Shown here piece after piece: positions 7,762 to 14,141 of a DNA stretch of 14,141 nucleotides. The translations under genes and the position numbers were made by a program. The DNA lies in the NCBI GenBank assembly GCA_043821645.1, contig JBDRCO010000016.1, forward strand, positions 1 through 14,141, written 5' to 3'. Each line of letters begins with the position of its first letter. The stretch's first letter is position 1. The notes under the pieces are model-generated. The model ran no database searches. It had not been told where the DNA came from and saw nothing but the letters and a program-made list of their open reading frames with translations. Source of the stretch: Pseudomonadota bacterium (GTDB lineage: Bacteria; Myxococcota; JACRCW01; JAFGSX01).

Positions 7762-9089
7762 GGAAGCTCGAGGTCCGCTTCACCCGCAGTAGCGACGACG
7801 AGCGAGTGGTCGGTACGCTCGCCGAGGATCGCGGTCGCACGTATTTCGAGTACGCGCCCGCGTTCGTCGAGACGGGCCTGAACCTGTCGCCCCTGAAGAT
7901 CCCCCTCGAGACCGGTCTGTTCGAGCACCGGGACCTAGCCTTCGGCCCTCTGCCCGGCCTGTTCGACGACTCCCTGCCCGATGGCTGGGGTCTCCTGCTC
8001 ATGGACCGGCATCTCCGGTCCCTGGGATTCCCGCTCGCCGAGGTCCATGCCCTCGACAGACTGGCCTGGCTCGGTCGCCGCACCATGGGGGCCCTCACCT
8101 ATCACCCGCCCGCGGAACCGGCGGAGACCACGGCGCGCTTCCTCGACCTCCAGACCCTGGCCGAGCACGCCCGGCAGGTACTCGAGGGCAAGGTCTCGGA
8201 GGTGCTCCCCGAGCTCGCACGCGCCGGCGGCTCACCGGGCGGAGCCCGGCCCAAGGTCCTGGTGGGCTTTGACCCGGGCGAGGAGCGGCTGCTATCCGGA
8301 GCCGACGAGTTGCCTGAAAGCCACGAGCACTGGATCGTGAAGTTCACACCTCGCGGCGAGGGCGACGACGACGGAGCCATCGAGTACGCCTACGCGCTCA
8401 TGGCCAGAGCCGCCGGGATCGCCATGCCGGCCTGCCGCTTGTTCGAGACCTCGACGGGCGACCTATTCTTCGGGGTCCGGCGCTTCGACCGGGAGCGCGG
8501 CCGTCGGCTCCACATGCACAGCTTCGGCAACCTCATCCACAGCAACTTCCGTGTCCCCTCGCTGGACTACGCGGACCTGCTCAAGGTGACCTCGGTCCTG
8601 ACCCACAACCACCAGGACGTGATCGAGGTGTTCCGGCGCATGGTCTTCAACGTGCTCGCGCACAACCGCGACGACCACGTGAAGAACTGGGCCTTCCTGC
8701 TCGACGACGGAAGCGGCGAGTGGCGACTCTCTCCGGCCTTCGACCTGTCGCCCAGCTCGGGGCCAGGCGGCGAGCACTCCATGACCGTGGCCGGCGAGGG
8801 CAAGAGCCCCCAGCGCGAGCACGTGAACGCGCTGGCGAAGAGCGCAGGCATCGGCAGGGCTGGCAGGGACGAGATCGTCGATCAGGTCACGGCGGCCGTG
8901 CGGAGCTGGCCCAGGTTCGCGCGGAAGGCTGGCCTTGCCAGGGAGAGCGTCGCCAGGGTCGGCGAGATGCACCTGTGGACGAAGAGCAGCAGCAGCTCCA
9001 GGGGACGCGCTCCCGAAGGGAAGTCCACGGCGACAAACGCGTCGCGCGGGCCGAGGACGCCGTCCGCGAGCCGATTACGCAAGCGCTGA
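7758..9089 (+). CDS. hipA: HipA-family kinase toxin (type II TA), 443 aa
   Basis: N-terminal couple domain (VGTL...FEY...LSP...DSLPDGWG); GGSPGGARPK P-loop; WIVKF; EYAY; RRFDR; NRDDHVKN; LSPAFDL. GTG start at 7758 overlaps the antitoxin stop. Confidence 0.92.
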   Translation: MRKLEVRFTRSSDDERVVGTLAEDRGRTYFEYAPAFVETGLNLSPLKIPLETGLFEHRDLAFGPLPGLFDDSLPDGWGLLLMDRHLRSLGFPLAEVHALDRLAWLGRRTMGALTYHPPAEPAETTARFLDLQTLAEHARQVLEGKVSEVLPELARAGGSPGGARPKVLVGFDPGEERLLSGADELPESHEHWIVKFTPRGEGDDDGAIEYAYALMARAAGIAMPACRLFETSTGDLFFGVRRFDRERGRRLHMHSFGNLIHSNFRVPSLDYADLLKVTSVLTHNHQDVIEVFRRMVFNVLAHNRDDHVKNWAFLLDDGSGEWRLSPAFDLSPSSGPGGEHSMTVAGEGKSPQREHVNALAKSAGIGRAGRDEIVDQVTAAVRSWPRFARKAGLARESVARVGEMHLWTKSSSSSRGRAPEGKSTATNASRGPRTPSASRLRKR

Positions 9090-9110
9090 GGGGCGAGGCG
9101 TTGGTCACGG

Positions 9111-9133
9111 GTCGACCTCCGCTCGAGGTCGCC
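9111..9133. terminator. Hairpin between the convergent hipA and kinase genes
   Basis: CGACCTC/GAGGTCG stem with a 5-nt loop; no U-tract. Confidence 0.25.
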
Positions 9134-9155
9134 TCGTCGGGCGGCAACATACGCT

Positions 9156-10205
9156 TCACTCCTCCGTTGGCGCTCGCTGCACCAGGCGGCTGCGCAGGGC
9201 TGCGAGCTCCTCGCCGAGTTCGAGCGCGGAGCGATACCGGTCCTCGGGGTGCGGCTCCAGCAGCTTGAGGAGAATCCCGTCCCACTCGGGGTCGATGTCC
9301 GGCCGCACAGTCGTCGGGAGGGCCGGCTGGGTCGATGCGTGCCTGAAGTAGTCTTCCGCTGCTGCGGTGCTGCTGAACTCGCCGTAGGGGTACGTGCCCA
9401 GCAGGAGCCAGTAGAGCGAGACCCCGAGCGCGAACAGATCGGAGCACTGGTCCCCGAGCAAGCCCTGCTCCAGAAACAAGCCCAGGACCTCCGGGGCAAT
9501 GAACGGGACAGTGCCGATGGCCACGCCAAAACCCGTGATGTCCGAGCCGGGCAGGCTGACCACGCCGAAGTCGAGCAACTTGGCGATCGGAGCCCCGGCA
9601 GCGTGCTGGAAGACGATGAAGTTGTCGGGCTTCACGTCGCGATGCCAGACCCCGCTCGTGGCGTGGACGGCAGCCAGGGCCGAGGTCATCTGGATCGCGC
9701 ACTCGAGCAGCTCGAGTTCCTCGAACGGACGGCCCTCCTGCTCCAGCCTTTCCCTGAGGGCACTGAGCGATTCGGAGCGCTCGTGATACTCCATGACATA
9801 GTAGGCCGCGTCGCCGTGTTCCCCGGCGTCGAAGACACTCACGACATTGGGGTGATTGATCCCGGCTGTGACCTGCGCCTCGCGGTTGAAGCGCTGCTTG
9901 GATATCTCCCCCAGGGACTGGCGATCCTCGAAGGGATCGAACTTGCGCGTCTTGATCGCGACGCGTCGCTTCAGGTTCAGATCCTCAGCCAGGTACACCA
10001 CCCCCATGCCGCCGTACCCGATCTTCTTCACCACCCGGTAGCGCCCCGCGATCGTTTCACCGCGCGCCAGAGCTCCCGGTGGACGATGGTCTTGACCGCT
10101 GGTCCGTCCACCGGAGGTAGGTGTCTGCGCAGCCTCGTGAGTGTTGCTGCCCTCGACCTTCTCTCTCCTCTTGCTGCGTGGCGCATCGGGGGCGGTCTTC
10201 TTCAC
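9156..10205 (-). CDS. Hanks-type (PknB-like) Ser/Thr protein kinase, kinase domain only, 349 aa
   Basis: GYGGMGVVY, VAIK, alphaC Glu (REA), HRDVKPDN, DFG, GTVPFIAPE, DLFALG, PEDR; AGGAG before the GTG; no transmembrane or sensor domain. Confidence 0.95.
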   Translation of the reverse strand: MKKTAPDAPRSKRREKVEGSNTHEAAQTPTSGGRTSGQDHRPPGALARGETIAGRYRVVKKIGYGGMGVVYLAEDLNLKRRVAIKTRKFDPFEDRQSLGEISKQRFNREAQVTAGINHPNVVSVFDAGEHGDAAYYVMEYHERSESLSALRERLEQEGRPFEELELLECAIQMTSALAAVHATSGVWHRDVKPDNFIVFQHAAGAPIAKLLDFGVVSLPGSDITGFGVAIGTVPFIAPEVLGLFLEQGLLGDQCSDLFALGVSLYWLLLGTYPYGEFSSTAAAEDYFRHASTQPALPTTVRPDIDPEWDGILLKLLEPHPEDRYRSALELGEELAALRSRLVQRAPTEE

Positions 10206-10717
10206 GGGAGCTGCTCCTGCTCGTTTGACATCGCGGGTGGTCCGGCCTTGAACCCATCATTCTGACATTGCCGGGTGGTCTTGACATCTCGGACGTCGTG
10301 CATTCATCGCTCGTCTTGACGGGCGCAGGTGCGGGCGACCTCGCCTCCCTGGGAACGGCCTGCGGCGGTTTTGAGGCTTCTGGAGTGGTGGAGTAATGCC
10401 ACATCATATCAACATGCGGACTGAGGGCGAGGTCGCTGGCCGCAACCGCACATCACGCCAAAAACCGATCCATGGTGGGGAGCCCGGTGGGGGGCGTCTG
10501 GGTGACGTCGGTTGATGGGGTCGCGCGTCTGGCGGTTCTTGATTGGACGAAGGTCCGGTGCTCCTCCCCTGCTGCTCTACCTCGCGTCGCGGGCACCTGC
10601 GAGACGCTCAGCACATGCCCCGGATGTCCTGCTCCAGCTCACGCCAGCCGCCGCATCCGCAAGATCCTGTCCGACCCGGCGCCGGGCCAGCGCACCGGTG
10701 AGCTGTGTTTCGCCCGG

Positions 10718-10787
10718 TGTTGTCAGGGCCTGTCGGGCAGGCCCTCGCTTGCCGGGCACGGGTCCCGACAAGCTCACCCAACCAGCA
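10718..10787 (-). mobile_element. 70-nt mini-insertion E1' (identical to E1)
   Basis: Exact reverse complement of 516-585, at the same position in the transposase. Confidence 0.8.
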
Positions 10788-10839
10788 GGCTTCTTCCTGC
10801 ACGCCGCGAGAAGGGTCCGCCCGGAGCAAACAAAAATAG

Positions 10840-10913
10840 TGCTGCCAGGGTGAATGTCGACGGGACCTGCGCCCGTCGGCAAAGGGGGCGGCCGACGCCC
10901 CCTTGGAGCAACA
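10840..10913 (+). mobile_element. ~74-nt mini-insertion E2' (near-identical to E2)
   Basis: Matches 392-463 apart from one substitution between the hairpins and a different 3' tail (GGAGCAACA vs CACAACA). Confidence 0.8.
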
Positions 10914-11492
10914 CCAGGAGCTGTGCCGCTACGTCCTGCGACCTCCTCTTGCCAACCACCGACTGCGCTGGCTGGGTGACGACGAACTCCTGCTCGCGTT
11001 GAAGAGAAAATGGGCCGACGGCACCACGCACATCGTGCTCAGCCCGTCGGAGCTCCTGGCTCGACTCGCCGCCCTGGTGCCGCCCAAGGGATTCAACCTC
11101 ACGCGCTACCACGGCTGCCTGGCGCCGCGCTCGAGCGTGCGAGATCTCATCGTTCCCGCGCCGTCCGCACCCGACGAGCCCGCCCAACTCGACGACGACC
11201 CCGAAAAGTCCCCGAAGGGGGACCGCGTTCCCGAGCCACCCGTCGCCGTCCCGGCGCGCCCGCGCAGGATCCCCTGGGCCGAGCTACCACGGAGAGTGTG
11301 CCGCGGCACTCGCGATGGCATCTGGCAGGCGCAGACTCGTCTGCTCGGCCCTTGCAAGCACGCGGCGCGGCCTGCCAACCTGAAACACGACATACACGTG
11401 GGTCGCAGGCAGACCCGGGGCAGGGCAGGCTGAGCCCCGACCGGTCCAGGCCACCACGACCACCCGGGTGCCCACCACAGGGAGCGAGACAG

Positions 11493-13001
11493 ATGCCGAG
11501 ACACAGACCCCGGGATCGCGGCTCTTCACCCTTGAGCTTGAGCACGCAGGACAGCCGCGGGGCTGCCATCGTTTCGGTCGAGCTGGCAGGCGACTGCCGC
11601 GTCGTGCCCGGAATGATCGTCGACAAGGGCCAGGCCCACCCGTCTCACGTGTCCATGTGGGTCGAGGCTCACAGCGGGCTGATCGTCGCGGTGGAGCCCT
11701 TTGCAGGAAGGCCCGCGACCGCTGTCCTGGCGGCGCACATGGCCAGGGGCCTGCGCCGGGCACGTGAACGCGAGGGTCTGGCCGGTGTGCGGCTGCGGGT
11801 AGCGGATGCGGCGCTGGCGGCCGCCCTGCGGCGCGAGCTGAACGATGCCGTCGAGGTTCGCGTGGGTCCTGTTCCCGAGCTGGACGACCCCATGAACGCT
11901 CTGGCCGGGCACCTGGGTGGGGGCGCCGAGGACCTGGAGCCGGGCTACCTGTCGGCCCCCGACGTGACTCCGGCCCTGGTGGGCGAGTTCTTCGCCGCCG
12001 CGGCCGGGTTGTACCGCCAGGACCTGTGGCGCGAGCTCAGCGACAACGAACTCTTTGTCGTCGACGTGCCGGACCTGGACGCGAATGGTCTGTGCTCCTG
12101 CGTGATCGGCCAGGCGGGCGAGAGCTACGGCGTGCTGCTCTACCCCACGGCCAGGGACTACATCGCGTTCTACCGGATGGGCGTGCAGGTCCAGGCCGGG
12201 CGCGTACCCGAGCTGTCCACGCCGCTGGCGTCGTGGCTGGCGATCAACTTCGATTCGACGCGCGAGCTGAGCGCCACCCAGCAGCGCGAGCTGCGCCAGC
12301 ACCGCTGGCCAGTGGCCGGGCCCGCGGCCCATCCGCATCTGATCCGCGCCAACCTGGCGCGGGAGGTCACGCCACCGTCGGCGGCGGACTATTGCCTGGC
12401 CACGGCGGTGGCCGCGGCGCTGACCCAGGGCGCCGACGAGCTGAGGCGTGTGTTCACCAGGTCCGAGCCGACGGCCCCTCGCGAGCTGCTGTGCCTGGCC
12501 AGCGTCGACGGGCGCGAACATGTGGTGCACCTGACCATGCCCCACCCGGAGGGAGAGGCGATCCTGGACGCCCTCGATGCCATCGACGACGAGGAGGACC
12601 CGTCGGGCGAGGATCCGGCCCACGATGTGCTGCGCGACCAGGCCGAGCAGGCGGCCGAACTCGTCACGCGCTTCGAGCTGTCCCTGGATCGCCAGCCTGA
12701 CGCACGCGTCCGCGCGGCCTGCGGCGTGGCCATGGCGCTGTGCTTGTACAAGCTCCAGCGCTCGGGCAGCGTGCTGCACCGGGCCTGGACCGCCGAGCTG
12801 GTGCAGGACTTCCTGCGCGGCACCGCCCAGGAGCTGCGCGGCACTGCCGAGCCCGCTGCCCAGCAGGTGCCCGAGTTCCTGCTCGACTTCGTCGACTTCC
12901 TGCACCGTGCGGGTCGGGTCGACGACAAACGCCGGACCATCCTGCGCAAGCGCATCGAGCGCGAGGCGCCGCGCTACAGGCGGGAGCTGGGGATGGCCTG
13001 A
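11493..13001 (+). CDS. Hypothetical protein, ~502 aa
   Basis: GGGAG SD before the ATG at 11493; globular sequence with strong GC3 bias from ~11570 (e.g. CSCVIGQAGESYGVLLY). The ORF-track extension to 11010 only shadows the transposase. Confidence 0.75.
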   Translation: MPRHRPRDRGSSPLSLSTQDSRGAAIVSVELAGDCRVVPGMIVDKGQAHPSHVSMWVEAHSGLIVAVEPFAGRPATAVLAAHMARGLRRAREREGLAGVRLRVADAALAAALRRELNDAVEVRVGPVPELDDPMNALAGHLGGGAEDLEPGYLSAPDVTPALVGEFFAAAAGLYRQDLWRELSDNELFVVDVPDLDANGLCSCVIGQAGESYGVLLYPTARDYIAFYRMGVQVQAGRVPELSTPLASWLAINFDSTRELSATQQRELRQHRWPVAGPAAHPHLIRANLAREVTPPSAADYCLATAVAAALTQGADELRRVFTRSEPTAPRELLCLASVDGREHVVHLTMPHPEGEAILDALDAIDDEEDPSGEDPAHDVLRDQAEQAAELVTRFELSLDRQPDARVRAACGVAMALCLYKLQRSGSVLHRAWTAELVQDFLRGTAQELRGTAEPAAQQVPEFLLDFVDFLHRAGRVDDKRRTILRKRIEREAPRYRRELGMA

Positions 13002-13062
13002 GGCCGGACACGCCGGCTTGACCCCGAGGGATACGGCTGTGGTCGCAGGCCCCGATTCACCG

Positions 13063-13983
13063 TCAGCGCGCGGTCGACACCAGGGCGTCGGCGTCGACAG
13101 TGTCCGCGCTGCGCGTCCCGCGATCGTGCGACCAGCCCAGCTCGAGCCCTGCCACGAAGTAGACCAGCGAGGTGATCCCCACGGCGAAGACGACGTCGCC
13201 AAGCACGCGCAGCCAGCGCAGGGTCGACAGCAGGTCGGTCTGTAAAAATTCGGCCGAACGTGCGTACCACAGGCCCTGCTCGACGCTGGCCGCGGTCTGC
13301 ATCAGGCCTATGGGCAGCAAGCTCAGCACCACCATCAGCACCAGACCGCCGTTGATGGCCCAGAAGGCCAGGCTGTGGGCACCGGTGCGCCAGCGCGCCT
13401 GCACGTCGAGGCCCTTGAGCGTGAACAGCATCAGACCGATGCCCAGCATGCCGTACACGCCGAAGAGGGCGGTGTGGCCGTGCACCGGCGTGGTGTTGAG
13501 CCCCTGCATGAAGTACAGCGCCACCGGCGGGTTGATGAGAAAGCCGAACAGGCCTGCGCCGACCAGGTTCCAGAAGGCCACGCCGATGAAGAACAGGATG
13601 GGCCAGCGGTAGGCCTCGACCCAGGGTTGGCTGTGGCTCAGGCGGTAGGTGTCCAGGGCCTCGAGGCCCATGAGCACCAGCGGCACCACCTCGAGGGCGC
13701 TGAAGCTGGCGCCCAGTGCCAGGATCGCGGTGGGGGTGCCGGTGAAGTACATGTGGTGAAAGGTCCCCAGGATGCCACCGGCGAGGAAGATCACCGACGA
13801 GAAGAGCACGGCCGAGGTGGCGGTGCGGGTCTTCAGCAAGCCCAGCTTGGTGAACAGGAAGGCGACCGCCACCGTGGCGAAGACCTCGAAGAAGCCCTCG
13901 ACCCACAGGTGCACCACCCACCAGCGATGGTACTCGATGACCGCCAGGTTGGTGTGGCGGCCCCACATGATGCCCGCGCCGTA
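13063..13983 (-). pseudogene. norB: C-terminal half of a quinol-dependent nitric oxide reductase (qNor, NorB/NorZ); N-terminal half missing
   Basis: RWWVVHLWVEGFFEVF, GTFHHMY, FSALEVVPL, WNLVGAG, YFMQGLNTTPVHGHTALFGVYG, QGLWYARS, WLRVLGD. Confidence 0.92.
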
Positions 13984-14141
13984 GTCGACCTGCGCTTCCT
14001 CGCCCGGCGCGGTCGTGATGACGACGTGCGCCTCGGCGCTGGTGCTGCCGCGCAGCGTGCGCACGAAGCGCTTCACGCTGCCGTAGGCCGAGCGGAAGCC
14101 GTGGTCGTCGACGAGGTCCTGCCAGATCGCCATGGCGTTGC
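13978..14141 (-). mobile_element. istA: IS21-family transposase (IstA) N-terminal fragment fused in frame to the qNor fragment; continues beyond the window
   Basis: NAMAIWQDLVDDHGFRSAYGSVKRFVR...ITTAPGEEAQVDYG is the IstA HTH-to-first-catalytic-Asp signature. Confidence 0.85.

Larger units (their letters stand above)
10647..11300 (+). pseudogene. IS91-family transposase fragment, copy B (C-terminal half), interrupted by two mini-insertions
   Basis: RRIRKILSDP...GQRTGELCFA / GFFLHAARR / ELCRYVLRPPLA...KRKWADGTTHIVL...LTRYHGCLAP...RRIPWAEL. Collinear with copy A from ~10647; the HUH motif is missing. Confidence 0.9.

Noticed and set aside
11010-11492. N-terminal extension of the 663-aa ORF
   Set aside because: Off-frame overlap with the transposase remnant and Arg/Pro-rich; a better SD and ATG are at 11493.
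12665-12674. CACGCGCTTC match to the selC 5' end (also GCGCTTCC near 13992) as a possible second att site
   Set aside because: Only 8-10 nt, GC-rich and inside coding sequence; expected by chance.

Overview
High-GC accessory region; gene content suggests a myxobacterium-like or deltaproteobacterial genome (inference). It is centred on a tRNA-Sec gene (selC, 5905-6001, -). Left to right: a broken IS91-family (HUH) transposase; a large ELWxxDGT-repeat lipoprotein; a hypothetical gene; the remnant of an integrative-element end at the selC 3' end; selC; an intact tyrosine integrase whose arm-type repeats abut the selC 5' end; an XRE-HTH/HipA toxin-antitoxin pair; a soluble Ser/Thr kinase; a second, inverted, broken IS91-family transposase; a hypothetical gene; and an in-frame chimera of an IS21 IstA fragment with the C-terminal half of a quinol-dependent NO reductase. 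The most striking signal is a family of five ~70-nt double-hairpin mini-elements with covarying stems and conserved loops, found only inside the two IS91-like transposase genes. Two occupy the same positions in both gene copies and are identical or near-identical, although the surrounding codons diverged synonymously. A third is present in only one copy. This suggests an undescribed site-specific mini-element or intron-like system that targets transposase genes.
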